From IMG/VR virus record IMGVR_UViG_3300046804_002724, positions 645 through 64,644 of that record: a stretch of DNA of 64,000 nucleotides; one strand, given 5' to 3'. The notes under the pieces were generated by a model. It saw only the letters and a list, made by a program, of their open reading frames with translations. It was not told the origin of the DNA and ran no database searches. The translations under genes were made by a program, and so were the position numbers. Below, in pieces: positions 46,871 to 57,384 of this stretch (position 1 is the stretch's first letter; the number at the start of each line of letters is the position of its first letter). The DNA is from a virus (lineage: Duplodnaviria > Caudoviricetes).

Positions 46871-47724
46871 TAACCAAATTTGGTAAAAGATTTTTAATTG
46901 ACTTCATAGCTGGAAATAGAACATTTTTTGATAAAGTGTTAGCTGTTGGAATTGCAAAAAATTCAGAATATGAATTAGTAGATACTAATAGCAGATTGGG
47001 TTTTGAATTTTATAGTGTTCCAGTTTTATTTGGTGGCATAGACATAGATACATCCGTAGTTCCATACACATATACTGCGATATATAGTACAAAACTTCCT
47101 ACAAATTTAGCTGGTAAGATAAATGAAATAGCAATATACCCTGGAAGAAGATCCTCATCCAATACATATGGAAATCAATTTATAACTACATTTGAATCAG
47201 CATTTGAATGGATGCCTTCTCCTGTATTGAATCAAACTGATTATAGGGTTGGAAATAGCTCATTAGATTTATCATCAGATGGGGTATCAGAAAAAGAATA
47301 TATTGCAACAATACCAAATTTTGACATGTCTGGGTATAGTAATTTTGATACATTGTCATTTTCTTATAAAGTAAATGATTCAAATTTAGCGGAAGTTAAA
47401 ATTAGACTTTATAGCTCTGTAGTTGATTATTATGAATTTAATTTTGTAAATCATATAGTTGGGTGGAATATAAAAGATATTCAAATAGCAGACATGATAT
47501 CTAATGGTAATCCAGATCCATCTTTGATTAGTAAAGTTGGAGTAATGGTTGTGCCAGTAGGATCATCTACATCAATTACAGTAGATGGATTAAGAATAAA
47601 CGATGAGGATACTTTTGATCCCGCATATGGCATGATAGCCAGATCTAATATAGATGAAGTTGAAAAAGTTGCTGGTAGAGAGTTAACAATAGAATATAAG
47701 TTAGATTTAAATTTTGGTGAGTAA
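46867..47724 (+). CDS. Minor tail/baseplate protein
   Basis: MITKFGKRF...L.FEFY..P...INEIAIY...IEYKL pattern; synteny. Confidence 0.6.
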   Translation: MITKFGKRFLIDFIAGNRTFFDKVLAVGIAKNSEYELVDTNSRLGFEFYSVPVLFGGIDIDTSVVPYTYTAIYSTKLPTNLAGKINEIAIYPGRRSSSNTYGNQFITTFESAFEWMPSPVLNQTDYRVGNSSLDLSSDGVSEKEYIATIPNFDMSGYSNFDTLSFSYKVNDSNLAEVKIRLYSSVVDYYEFNFVNHIVGWNIKDIQIADMISNGNPDPSLISKVGVMVVPVGSSTSITVDGLRINDEDTFDPAYGMIARSNIDEVEKVAGRELTIEYKLDLNFGE

Positions 47725-47726
47725 TA

Positions 47727-50700
47727 ATGGCTAATTTTTTTGACCTTAATCCTAAACAAACAAAGTCAACAGACGGTAAATATATAGATTTAGTATTTAC
47801 TGATTTTGTTCCGTCTACAGATTATGGTCTTACTTTTGCATGGGTTTATGAAGACCCTAAACTAGGAGTCAGTGGCGAATCCAATATATTTAATTTTACA
47901 ACAATTGGAGAGCCAGAACTTGCGGCACCACATTTTACATCAGAAGATCTATATGGCATCAATTCAATTTTGTATATAAATTGGAACGGCAAAGATGCTC
48001 TTGGGCAAGACTACATTTCTGGAAAAATTAAACAAGTTAATGTTTGGATTAAAGGCGGAGATTTTGGAGAAGAGTTTAAACAGTATGGTACATCGTTTAC
48101 AAAAGCTGGAACATTACAAATAAATGCTACGCAAAAAGCAACATATTGTGTAAAGTTACAGGCCGAAGGAACTACATCTGGTTTATTGTCTCCATTTTCA
48201 GAAGCATTTTGTGTTACATTATTAAAACAACCAAAAGCAGTTTATGATGTTAGACATGAGTGGGACAACTCTGGAAACTTATCTTTATTTTGGAAATTTG
48301 ATCCAACATTTAAAGACTCAACAAATGATAATACTTTAGCAGATTCTTTTGGTCTTCAACTTCTCGATGATACAAATGATGTTGATGCAACATGGTGGAC
48401 ATCCGTAGAAAAAGATAAAATACCTCCATTAGAACAAAAAATAATTATATCTGCAAATCAATTGCAAAAAGTTTTTGGTCAATTTACAGCATTTGAAATA
48501 GACTATACAGGTGCAATCTATGTAAGAGATAAAAATTTGCAAACAAGTTTTGTAACTGGATATTCTGTAAGTAAATATTCTGATCCTTTAACTGCGCCAA
48601 CTATATCGGCAGTCAAAGCCCCCATGGCCTATAATGTTTCATACACAGCAAATTCTTTATTTGATAAGATATACGTAGAAGAAAGTACAAACGGCGGCTC
48701 CACATGGACAAACGTAGCAGTTACATCAGCAAATCCAGCATATATAGCTACAACAAATTCTTTATCAAGAAATGTTAGAGCTAAGTTTTCTAAAAAATTA
48801 GGTGGGTTTACAGACTATAGCAATACTGTAACTGTAGTTCCAGACAAAATAGATCCAACAGACACAACTCCGCCAACAAATCCAACAGATGTTTCTGCAA
48901 CGGCATCCGTAGATTTAAATAATAAAACAGGATTTAGTGTGCAGGCAACAATTTCTTTTACAAAATCTTCTGATGCTGATTGTAGAGGATATAGAATAAG
49001 ATGGACAACGCAAACTACAAATCCAATTTATGAATATGGTTATGTAGATCACCCATCTAGCGGAACTACGGTTTCTTTTACTGTTTCAGGATTAATACCA
49101 GATGTTACATATTATTATCAAGTTGCAGCAGTAGATCAATTCAATAATACACAATCATATACTACTTCAGGAACGTTTGTTGCACAAGATTCGATAGCAA
49201 CAGCAGAGGGTTCACTTGCAAGATTAAAGTCATATATTTCTATAGGCGGAGCAACAGGAGATTTATTTAAATTTGGTACTGGTATATCTGAATCAATTAA
49301 TACAAGTACAACAACAACACCATCGTTATCCTCTGGAACGTATCATGGTATTTTACTAAATAAAACAGGAAATAAAAATAATTTTTGGTTAACAACAGGT
49401 CAATTAAGAGTTGGTACAGATACTCAGTTTATGTATTTCAATGGAACTGATTTATATTTAACTGGAGATATAAATGCTAGATCTGGAAAAATAACTGGAA
49501 ATCTAACAATGACTGGTGGCGGATCTGTAATTGCAAGAACTGCAGATGGATCAGCAAATAAGGTTACATTAAGTTATGCAGGTTTATTTGCATATGATGC
49601 AAATGGAACAGAAACTACACAAATTATTTCAAATGCAGCTGCTGGCGCAGCAACATTTACAACAACAAAAGCTTTAATTGGAAATTGGACTGTGGATACA
49701 AATACAATTTCTGCAGGCGGTGTTACGTTAAATTCAGCAGGATCAATAGTTGCAACTAATAGCGGATCATATGTTGGCATTAAGCCTAGAGTTTCTGCAG
49801 GAACAGATATTGTTCTTTGGTCAGGAAATACAGCAAGTCCAGCAATCAATAGTGCATCATCAGGACAAGCTGGCTTTCAGGTAAATGCAAATGGACAACT
49901 GTACGCTACTGGAGCTATTATATCTGGAGTTATTACAGCAGATTCTGGATCATCTTTGGGTGGATTATTAAGTGATACATCTAAAGTATACTATTCATCA
50001 ACAACACCAACAGCACCAACAGGTGGTTTTAAAGTTGGAGATTCTTGGGTAGATACATCATCTAACAACGTTTTAAAAATTTGGAGTGGTAGTCAGTGGG
50101 TAGTTGCTCAAGATTCAGAAGCTGCAAAATCAATTGCAATTACAAAAAACAAAACTACATACGGATCAACACAGCCAGTAAATCCTATTTCAGGAGATGT
50201 GTGGTTTGACACAAACACTGGTATTAATTACTTTAAAGTATATAACGGTACTTCATGGGTAAGAATGAAAGATTCAGACATCACTGCTGCACAAAGTGCA
50301 GCTGCTACCGCACAATCAACTGCAGATACTAAGGCACAAACTACATATGGAACTACAGCCCCAGTAAGCCCTAAATCTGGGGACATATGGTTTGACACTA
50401 ATTTTAGTTATTTTAAACGATATAATGGAACTTCATGGGATAGAATGAAGGATGCAGACATAACCGCTGCTGCAGCTGCTGCAGCTGCTGCTCAGGGAGA
50501 CGCTGGTACCGCATTATCAAAAGCAGCAAAATTTGGAGTAGACGGATCTTTAGTTCAAAGTTTAGGAATTAAATTAAACGATGGCGGATCAATATATTCA
50601 ACTTATACAGGGGGAGCAAAAAGCTCATATTCTAGCGACAGCACACCTGGATTTTTTATTGGTTGGGAAAATCAAGCTGGAGTAATATATCCTGCCTTTA

Positions 50701-51392
50701 ATGTTGGAAATGCAAATGCATATGTAAAATATTCAAATTATACTCAAGCACTTGAAGTAAAGGGAACAGTTAAAGCTACAGCAGGATCTTTTGATGGAAA
50801 CGTGACAGCAGGTGGAGGAGCAATAACAATTGGACCTTCTGGAATTTCAACCACAAGCAATAAATTTAGAATTGATACTTCAGGTAACGCATATTTTAGC
50901 GGAACATTAGAAGCTGGAACAGTATTATCAAATGGACAAATTAGCGGAGGTACAATCAGTGGTTCTACAATAACAACCAATGGAACTGGTTGGGGTAGAG
51001 TTAGATTAAATAGTTCTAATAATACTTTAGAATTTTTAAATGATGTAGATACTGTAACAGGTGCAATTTACCAGTTTAATAATGGAGGAGAATTACTTTT
51101 ACAGCATGGAAATAAAACTGCATTTAATTACCCAGCATCTTCTGCTTATATGACATTAAATCCAAGCACAATATCTTTAGGATATACTGACGGAAATGGG
51201 TATTCAAGATACACTATAAGTATTGCAAGTACTGGAGAATTTAATTTTTATGGTAAGGAAGTAAAAACTAATTATGGCGGAGCAATAGGAACTGGTAACT
51301 ATTACATAAGAAATATAGGCATGGGAACTGGTCCAAAAACAACAACCGACACAGACGGTCTGCGTGGCGATGTATGGATTCAATACGCATAG
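47727..51392 (+). CDS. Tail fibre/central spike with Fn3 domains
   Basis: DTTPPTNPT and VSGLIPDVTYYYQVAAVD Fn3 motifs; three P...GD.W.DT...Y.G.SW repeats at about 49985-50460. Confidence 0.8.
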   Translation: MANFFDLNPKQTKSTDGKYIDLVFTDFVPSTDYGLTFAWVYEDPKLGVSGESNIFNFTTIGEPELAAPHFTSEDLYGINSILYINWNGKDALGQDYISGKIKQVNVWIKGGDFGEEFKQYGTSFTKAGTLQINATQKATYCVKLQAEGTTSGLLSPFSEAFCVTLLKQPKAVYDVRHEWDNSGNLSLFWKFDPTFKDSTNDNTLADSFGLQLLDDTNDVDATWWTSVEKDKIPPLEQKIIISANQLQKVFGQFTAFEIDYTGAIYVRDKNLQTSFVTGYSVSKYSDPLTAPTISAVKAPMAYNVSYTANSLFDKIYVEESTNGGSTWTNVAVTSANPAYIATTNSLSRNVRAKFSKKLGGFTDYSNTVTVVPDKIDPTDTTPPTNPTDVSATASVDLNNKTGFSVQATISFTKSSDADCRGYRIRWTTQTTNPIYEYGYVDHPSSGTTVSFTVSGLIPDVTYYYQVAAVDQFNNTQSYTTSGTFVAQDSIATAEGSLARLKSYISIGGATGDLFKFGTGISESINTSTTTTPSLSSGTYHGILLNKTGNKNNFWLTTGQLRVGTDTQFMYFNGTDLYLTGDINARSGKITGNLTMTGGGSVIARTADGSANKVTLSYAGLFAYDANGTETTQIISNAAAGAATFTTTKALIGNWTVDTNTISAGGVTLNSAGSIVATNSGSYVGIKPRVSAGTDIVLWSGNTASPAINSASSGQAGFQVNANGQLYATGAIISGVITADSGSSLGGLLSDTSKVYYSSTTPTAPTGGFKVGDSWVDTSSNNVLKIWSGSQWVVAQDSEAAKSIAITKNKTTYGSTQPVNPISGDVWFDTNTGINYFKVYNGTSWVRMKDSDITAAQSAAATAQSTADTKAQTTYGTTAPVSPKSGDIWFDTNFSYFKRYNGTSWDRMKDADITAAAAAAAAAQGDAGTALSKAAKFGVDGSLVQSLGIKLNDGGSIYSTYTGGAKSSYSSDSTPGFFIGWENQAGVIYPAFNVGNANAYVKYSNYTQALEVKGTVKATAGSFDGNVTAGGGAITIGPSGISTTSNKFRIDTSGNAYFSGTLEAGTVLSNGQISGGTISGSTITTNGTGWGRVRLNSSNNTLEFLNDVDTVTGAIYQFNNGGELLLQHGNKTAFNYPASSAYMTLNPSTISLGYTDGNGYSRYTISIASTGEFNFYGKEVKTNYGGAIGTGNYYIRNIGMGTGPKTTTDTDGLRGDVWIQYA

Positions 51393-51401
51393 GATAAAAA
51401 A

Positions 51402-54257
51402 ATGTCAGATATTTTTGTTAAAACTGCAGGATCTGGTTCGACTGGATGGAAAAAAGCAACAAATATTTTTGTTAAAATTGCTGGTCTTGGATCAACTGGT
51501 TGGAAATCTGCTGTAGGAGTTTGGATAAAAAATGTAAGCCAGTGGGTTAAAGTTTGGCCGCTATCTGGTATTTTTGCAACAAGAGTTCCATATATAGGTT
51601 ATTTTTCATCAGACGCATATTCTGCAAGAATGCCAAATGCAACATATCCAACGGTCAGAATAGGGGATTCATATTTTGGTAACAATGCTCAATGGGATTT
51701 AAATGGCTGGACTGCCTCATCTTATACCTATAAGTGGAAATTATATGACCAGTATGGCTCTGACTTAGGAATTGTATTAAAAAGCGGCACTGGATCTGGA
51801 TGGACAAGTACAACTGGACAAGATGAATTACCAACTACAATATGGACATCAACTAATTCAACAAATTCAGATAATAATTATTTAGGATTTGAAGCAACTG
51901 CGGTAAGTTCCACCAGTAGTCAATATAATGGCTTGTCTATTTCTAATAAAATAAAAATTTTACGATTAAGGCCAATAAATTCAACTGCAACATTAAGCAC
52001 AAATTCACCAACTGTAGGAACTCCAATTACATATTCATCAACATGGGTCTCAGGAGAAGCTTATAAGGAAGATTCTACAAGAACAACAATATATTGGTAT
52101 ACCAATTCAACTTCCTCAACAACTGGAGGTACATATGTTGGGTCTGGTTCATCTTATACGCCATCTAGCCCAGCGGATGTTGGTAAATATATATATGTTG
52201 AAGAAACAAGATATAATTCTGGGACAGATTATGATTTAGGACTTACAACAGGAGTATCTGCAACAGCAATAACAACTTCTACTGTTCAAAACCCAAGCTA
52301 TCAACTAACTGGATATCAAAGAAGAATAACCTTACCATCAGCATTTAATCCTGGAACTACCATTTATGTTTCAACAAATGGTTTTGTAAACTGGGGAGGA
52401 GCAGATCCAGGAGGAAGTATTTCTATACCAAACGCTTCAAACTCTGGAATAACACTAGCACCATTATCTGCAGACTTAAGACAGGGTTCTACAACAAGTT
52501 CTTCTACTACATCCATCGGCGGACTTTGGTATTATGCTGATGTTTCTAATTATTATATAACTTGGTATGGAAATCATTATCAAGATGCTGCTCAAGTTGC
52601 ACGATATCAAATAAAATTTTATTGGGGCGCAAGCTATGCAGATGTTTATTTTATAAATAATAGTTTAACATCAGTAACTCCAAGTACCACTGCTATTCAA
52701 AATAATTCAAATATAATATATACATGGTCAAATAGCACATCTCAATCATCTACTTTATTATCAACAGCAAGTATGAATAGGGTTTCTGATCAAGACGGAG
52801 TAGACGATGGAAGAACTATATTAACAGCTTCTCAGCCAATTGCTCCATCAGGCGGATCAGCGTCCATATCTGGAGGAACTACTCCAACAACATTATTAAC
52901 TTTATCTAAAACGGACGCAACTGGTACTCCTACTCCAACAGCATCTTGGGTTTGGAGAAAAGCAGATGGAGGAACTGGAGGAAATTCTTTTTCTGGAGGA
53001 ACAATACTTCAATATAATGGAACCACTTACACAATACAAAATTCTGATGTTGGGTACTCAATACGTGCCGAAGTAACTTGGTCAAATGGAATTTTACCAA
53101 ATCAAATAGTAAATACAAATGCAATAGTTGCCACAGCTGGTTCTTATACAGTAACTTGGAATGCAACAGCAAATGGCGGATCTGGTGGAGGATCAACTAC
53201 GCAAACAGCTGGTATTGCACATACCGCACCATCTGCATTAAAAACTTCATTTGTTGTCTCATATTCAAGCACGGGACAAACTTCAGGAACTGTACCTTCT
53301 TCAACTCAGGGATATTATCAAACAAATGGATATTATGATACATCATCATTAAGTTATACTTATGGGCCAATTGCAGTAGGTGGTTCATTTACGCCTCCAT
53401 CTTCTATAACAATGTATGCAAGATACTCATCATCTAGCAATGCAGTCACTTTAGCAACTCAAGGAACTCTTTTGCAAACTGGCTATACATTTGGTGGATG
53501 GAATATTGGAGGAACTACATACGCAGCTGGATCAAGTTATACTCCAACTGGAAATGTTACTGCAACAGCAATTTGGACGGCAAATTTAACTCCCCCTTCT
53601 GGCGGAACAGTATCAATAGGTACAAATACTGGAAATTACCAAGTTGGTAGCGTTATTACTGTTTCAACTTCTGGTTGGTCACCAACTCCAACAGGTTACG
53701 TTTTAGAATTACATAATGGAACAAATCCAGTATTAACAAGTGATCCATCAAGAACGCTTTCTATGTCAAACTCAACAACAGGAACTTATACAATTACATC
53801 ATCAGATGTTCCAAATTATTTTAAAGCTTGGGCAACTGCAAGTAATTCAGCTGGTTCAAATACCGCAGCATCATCACAAGTGGGTCCAGCAACAACTGCA
53901 TTTGTTGCACCATCTGCACCAGCACCATCTTTACAATTTTTAAGAACAACATCTTCATCAAGATTAGATTGGTATTGTGATTATCCTTCTATATCAGGAA
54001 ATGGATCTATATCAAGTATGCAATTTGAAATTAGAACAACTGCTGGAGGAGGAACTCTACTTGCAAGCGGAACAAGAGCGTATCCAGGTGCTGGAAGCTA
54101 TCCATATTCAGCCGCAGGCACTATATGGGCATTTAGAATGGGTACGGCAGACGGAGATATAGCTTATTCTTCTTCAGCAAGATACGGTAGAGCAAGAGTT
54201 GTTATGTTAGGATCAAATGGTAGTACATATTATGGAACATGGTCTGGATGGTTATAA
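51402..54257 (+). CDS. Ser/Thr-rich tail fibre/adhesin with Ig-like, NIDO-like and InlB-B-repeat-like modules
   Basis: YT...DVG..I Ig-like repeats; IYVSTNGFV..APLSADL; YTFGGWN...ATAIW. Confidence 0.7.
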   Translation: MSDIFVKTAGSGSTGWKKATNIFVKIAGLGSTGWKSAVGVWIKNVSQWVKVWPLSGIFATRVPYIGYFSSDAYSARMPNATYPTVRIGDSYFGNNAQWDLNGWTASSYTYKWKLYDQYGSDLGIVLKSGTGSGWTSTTGQDELPTTIWTSTNSTNSDNNYLGFEATAVSSTSSQYNGLSISNKIKILRLRPINSTATLSTNSPTVGTPITYSSTWVSGEAYKEDSTRTTIYWYTNSTSSTTGGTYVGSGSSYTPSSPADVGKYIYVEETRYNSGTDYDLGLTTGVSATAITTSTVQNPSYQLTGYQRRITLPSAFNPGTTIYVSTNGFVNWGGADPGGSISIPNASNSGITLAPLSADLRQGSTTSSSTTSIGGLWYYADVSNYYITWYGNHYQDAAQVARYQIKFYWGASYADVYFINNSLTSVTPSTTAIQNNSNIIYTWSNSTSQSSTLLSTASMNRVSDQDGVDDGRTILTASQPIAPSGGSASISGGTTPTTLLTLSKTDATGTPTPTASWVWRKADGGTGGNSFSGGTILQYNGTTYTIQNSDVGYSIRAEVTWSNGILPNQIVNTNAIVATAGSYTVTWNATANGGSGGGSTTQTAGIAHTAPSALKTSFVVSYSSTGQTSGTVPSSTQGYYQTNGYYDTSSLSYTYGPIAVGGSFTPPSSITMYARYSSSSNAVTLATQGTLLQTGYTFGGWNIGGTTYAAGSSYTPTGNVTATAIWTANLTPPSGGTVSIGTNTGNYQVGSVITVSTSGWSPTPTGYVLELHNGTNPVLTSDPSRTLSMSNSTTGTYTITSSDVPNYFKAWATASNSAGSNTAASSQVGPATTAFVAPSAPAPSLQFLRTTSSSRLDWYCDYPSISGNGSISSMQFEIRTTAGGGTLLASGTRAYPGAGSYPYSAAGTIWAFRMGTADGDIAYSSSARYGRARVVMLGSNGSTYYGTWSGWL

Positions 54258-54258
54258 A

Positions 54259-54423
54259 ATGAGTATAGAAAAAGAATATAAAGTCTACGTAATTGAACAA
54301 AAAATAAAGTCTTTATTGGGCAAAAAGAAATTAATTTTAGAGGGGTCTTTTACAGATTCTTCTACTGAATTAGATATAAATAATCAAATTCAGGTATTGA
54401 CTAATATGCTTGAAATGTTATAA
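54259..54423 (+). CDS. Small hypothetical protein (possible fibre chaperone)
   Basis: ATG directly after the fibre stop codon; helical and similar in pattern to the next gene. Confidence 0.55.
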   Translation: MSIEKEYKVYVIEQKIKSLLGKKKLILEGSFTDSSTELDINNQIQVLTNMLEML

Positions 54424-54440
54424 TATACAAGGAGGATAAA

Positions 54441-54665
54441 ATGACCACACTATCAAAAAACGATAAAATTCAAATTGTTGAATCTCGTGTAAGAGGCCTA
54501 GAATATAAAAAGTTTGGGCTAGAAATGGATTTGCTTATGGAGAATGCAAAAAATACTCCAGAACCTGAGTCTGTTTCTAAAATAGAAGAAGCTATTGCAG
54601 AAATAAACAATCAATTGTCTGTTCTAAATTCAGAACTTTCAACCGTAAATGAATTGACTGAATAA
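54441..54665 (+). CDS. Small coiled-coil protein
   Basis: AGGAGG SD; ORF track. Confidence 0.75.
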   Translation: MTTLSKNDKIQIVESRVRGLEYKKFGLEMDLLMENAKNTPEPESVSKIEEAIAEINNQLSVLNSELSTVNELTE

Positions 54666-54669
54666 AAAT

Positions 54670-54843
54670 ATGGATAAATTAGAATTAGTTGTTGCTGCAT
54701 TACAAGAAAGAATTGGTCAATTGGTTTCGGGGTATGAAACACAAATTGCAGTTCTTAGAGCAGAAATAACAGAATTAACACAAAAAGAAATAGCTAAAGA
54801 AGATTATGAAAAGTCTTTAGATGCTAAATTAGAAGAGGTATAA
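54670..54843 (+). CDS. 57-aa coiled-coil protein (MDKLELVVAALQERIGQLV...)
   Basis: Hand-read ORF that fills the gap between its neighbours. Confidence 0.75.
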   Translation: MDKLELVVAALQERIGQLVSGYETQIAVLRAEITELTQKEIAKEDYEKSLDAKLEEV

Positions 54844-54844
54844 A

Positions 54845-55282
54845 ATGGCAGAAGTTTTTGCTGACGGCGAACCAGTAGATCCACAAAAATTAAGAAATTT
54901 ACAGGCACAAATTAACGAAGTACGTGCCACAGCGGGTAATGCTTATAATTTAATTAGCACAACCGTAAATGGTTCTACAAAAAATTATACATTTCATACC
55001 AGGTCTGGCGTTGCAGAAATTAAAAATATTAAAAGCGGTGATACTGAAAGAGAAGTCTCATGCGGATTCACATGGGATTCAAGTAAATATGAAGATCCCG
55101 TTACTGTTGCTACAATTAAATATGAAAATCCAGGCGCTGATGACATAAGACTTGCAATCAAGGGGGAATTTGAACCAAAAATTCAAGTTTATTATAAGGA
55201 TGGAAACACAAAAACTCCAGGCGCATTATCTCTACTTAGAATTAATTGGATAAGTTCTGCAAGATATAAAGTAGAAGAGTAA
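54845..55282 (+). CDS. Hypothetical, probable tail-associated protein
   Basis: F.DGEP.D...L..L N-terminus and INWIS C-terminus typical of fibre tip modules. Confidence 0.55.
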   Translation: MAEVFADGEPVDPQKLRNLQAQINEVRATAGNAYNLISTTVNGSTKNYTFHTRSGVAEIKNIKSGDTEREVSCGFTWDSSKYEDPVTVATIKYENPGADDIRLAIKGEFEPKIQVYYKDGNTKTPGALSLLRINWISSARYKVEE

Positions 55283-55285
55283 CTA

Positions 55286-55313
55286 TTGACAGCATTGTAG
55301 TATATGCTACAAT
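55286..55313 (+). promoter_or_regulatory. Promoter TTGACA-N16-TACAAT (extended TG) for the replication operon
   Basis: Consensus boxes at the boundary between structural and replication genes. Confidence 0.7.
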
Positions 55314-55359
55314 ACAATTCATATTAACTATCTGTTAATGTAATATATTGAGGAAATAA

Positions 55360-56160
55360 ATGACAAATGATTTAAGGTGGATGTTGTCATCCGACCAGCA
55401 ATTCCCGTACCAAGATGATAAAGCAATTGCCCTGTGGTTTAAGGTAATGAAATGGTTTAAGCCAGATGTTGTAGATTATCTTGGAGATACAGATGATCAA
55501 GCATGCTATAGTAAATATACAGAAGGAAGATCTGCAGAGTTTTTAAATTTTCATAAAACAGATAGTAAAGATCTTATTGTTCCAATGATGCGCCATGAAG
55601 CAAAGGGTGCTCGTGATTTTTATGCTAAAACAAGAGAAATGTTGCCAGACGCACAACTATTTTCAGCTTTAGGAAATCATGATATTCGTATTTTTAATTA
55701 TGTAGATGCAAAACTTCCTGATTATATTAATGAAGTTACTCCAGAAGCTTTATGGAGTTTAGATTCTTTAGGATATGAATATATTCATTATAATGAATTA
55801 CCTAAGCGTCGTTTTGGAGATATACATGTCCACCATGGGTTGTCAATTGCAGATACTGGTGCTGTTAGAAAAGATATGAATGATCTTCAGATATCATTGA
55901 TTCGTGGACATTCACATAGAATTGCTTCTCATTTACAAACATATGAATTACGTAATAATGGAGAGGGTGAAACTATCCGTGGTTATGAAATTGGTCATAT
56001 GTGTGATGAAAAAGGTCCAGGTATGAAATATATGCAGCACCATGATTGGCAAAAAGGATTTGCCATTGCTCATATTGTAAATGATTATCCTCATATTCAA
56101 ATGATTCATATTGCTCCAGATTACTCATGTGTTGTAGATGGTAAGGTGTTTACTTTATGA
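55360..56160 (+). CDS. Calcineurin-like metallophosphoesterase
   Basis: SDQQ (variant of DxH), GD..D, GNHD, HHG and GHSH motifs. Confidence 0.85.
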   Translation: MTNDLRWMLSSDQQFPYQDDKAIALWFKVMKWFKPDVVDYLGDTDDQACYSKYTEGRSAEFLNFHKTDSKDLIVPMMRHEAKGARDFYAKTREMLPDAQLFSALGNHDIRIFNYVDAKLPDYINEVTPEALWSLDSLGYEYIHYNELPKRRFGDIHVHHGLSIADTGAVRKDMNDLQISLIRGHSHRIASHLQTYELRNNGEGETIRGYEIGHMCDEKGPGMKYMQHHDWQKGFAIAHIVNDYPHIQMIHIAPDYSCVVDGKVFTL

Positions 56161-56345
56161 TGAAATGTGGAAGATGTAAGGGAAGAGTTTTTGTTGATCG
56201 TGTATTTTCACAAAAACTTCATGTTGAGCTATTCTGTATCTTGTGCGGAAAGCGTTGGATGATAAATAAAGATACGAGTGCATTGGGACGATGGCTGGAA
56301 AAAGTAGAAAACAACAAGCTAAAAGATTTAGCTATTTCTTCTTAA
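56157..56345 (+). CDS. Zinc-ribbon protein
   Basis: CGRC...CILCG. Confidence 0.75.
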   Translation: MMKCGRCKGRVFVDRVFSQKLHVELFCILCGKRWMINKDTSALGRWLEKVENNKLKDLAISS

Positions 56346-56770
56346 ATAACAAAATACATAAAGTATTAAGTTATTCAAGAGCAAAAGATGAATTAATTGC
56401 TTGGTGTTATCCAGAAAAAAAACGTGTATTGTATTCATATTCTCAAGTTATTAAAAATATGGAAAATGCTTATTCAACTAAGCAGGTTGCACAAATATTG
56501 AATAAGCATAAAATAACAATTGAAGATTATATATTAGAGAAGAAAATTAAATATCCTCAAAAGGTATATCCAATTGGAAATCCTGAGAGTGACTGGTATA
56601 AATTTATGTATAGCGAATCAGACATTATGGACATACATCAATTTATTTTAGAATCTGGATATTCAAAAAACATGCCTTCTAAAACTGAGTTAAGGGCACT
56701 TCTCAAAAATAATATTATATTGTATACTAAGACTGATTCTGGCTTTGTGCCAGTATGGAAGGCGGATTAA
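56291..56770 (+). CDS. MerR/excisionase-like HTH DNA-binding protein
   Basis: YSTKQVAQILNKHKITI..Y...I..P...YSESDI. Confidence 0.7.
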   Translation: MAGKSRKQQAKRFSYFFLNNKIHKVLSYSRAKDELIAWCYPEKKRVLYSYSQVIKNMENAYSTKQVAQILNKHKITIEDYILEKKIKYPQKVYPIGNPESDWYKFMYSESDIMDIHQFILESGYSKNMPSKTELRALLKNNIILYTKTDSGFVPVWKAD

Positions 56771-56877
56771 TGTCAAGCAGAGTTGTTGTCTGTGAGATAT
56801 GTAAAAAAGAAATAGAATTGCGTTGGGGCATATTTGGTCACGACACATTGAGTAGACATAGAAAGGCGGAACACTAA
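56770..56877 (+). CDS. 35-aa C2H2-like zinc-finger micro-protein
   Basis: MSSRVVVCEICKKEIELRWGIFGHDTLSRHRKAEH; TAATG overlaps on both sides. Confidence 0.75.
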   Translation: MSSRVVVCEICKKEIELRWGIFGHDTLSRHRKAEH

Positions 56878-57086
56878 TGAATAAGAACACTCAGGTTAGA
56901 GTAGATCTTTCTTTTACTAGAAATCTTGGTAACTTCGAAAGTATTAAGATTGGTATTGGCGTTGACGATTTTGTTAGAGATGGCGAAACCGTAGATGATG
57001 CTACTGAAAGAGTTTATAAATTTGTAGAAGCTAAGCTTATATCTAAAACTCAAGAAGTAGAAGAAGAACTAAATGGCAACAAATAA
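56877..57086 (+). CDS. Hypothetical protein (NLGNFES.KI type)
   Basis: ORF track; translationally coupled. Confidence 0.78.
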   Translation: MNKNTQVRVDLSFTRNLGNFESIKIGIGVDDFVRDGETVDDATERVYKFVEAKLISKTQEVEEELNGNK

Positions 57087-57384
57087 AGAACCATATATTC
57101 TCCTTTCTATTTATGAAGGTCTTTACGCTGAAAAATATAATAAAAAACCTAGAATAAATAAATATAGAGAAAAATGGGCTATGCAAGATGTCATTGATAG
57201 TGTAGGATATCATCGTGCAAAAGAAATACTACAGTATTATTTTAAAACAGGTAAAAGTGGTCACCCACTTTCTTTCTTTTATAATAATTTTGATAGGCTT
57301 GAAGACATGATGGTTCAAATTGAAAGAGATAAAGAAAACAGGGAACGCCTGCTTGAACAGACAAGAAAATTGGTTAGTGAGTGA
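57073..57384 (+). CDS. Hypothetical protein upstream of the helicase (possible loader)
   Basis: ORF track; function inferred from position only. Confidence 0.65.
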   Translation: MATNKEPYILLSIYEGLYAEKYNKKPRINKYREKWAMQDVIDSVGYHRAKEILQYYFKTGKSGHPLSFFYNNFDRLEDMMVQIERDKENRERLLEQTRKLVSE

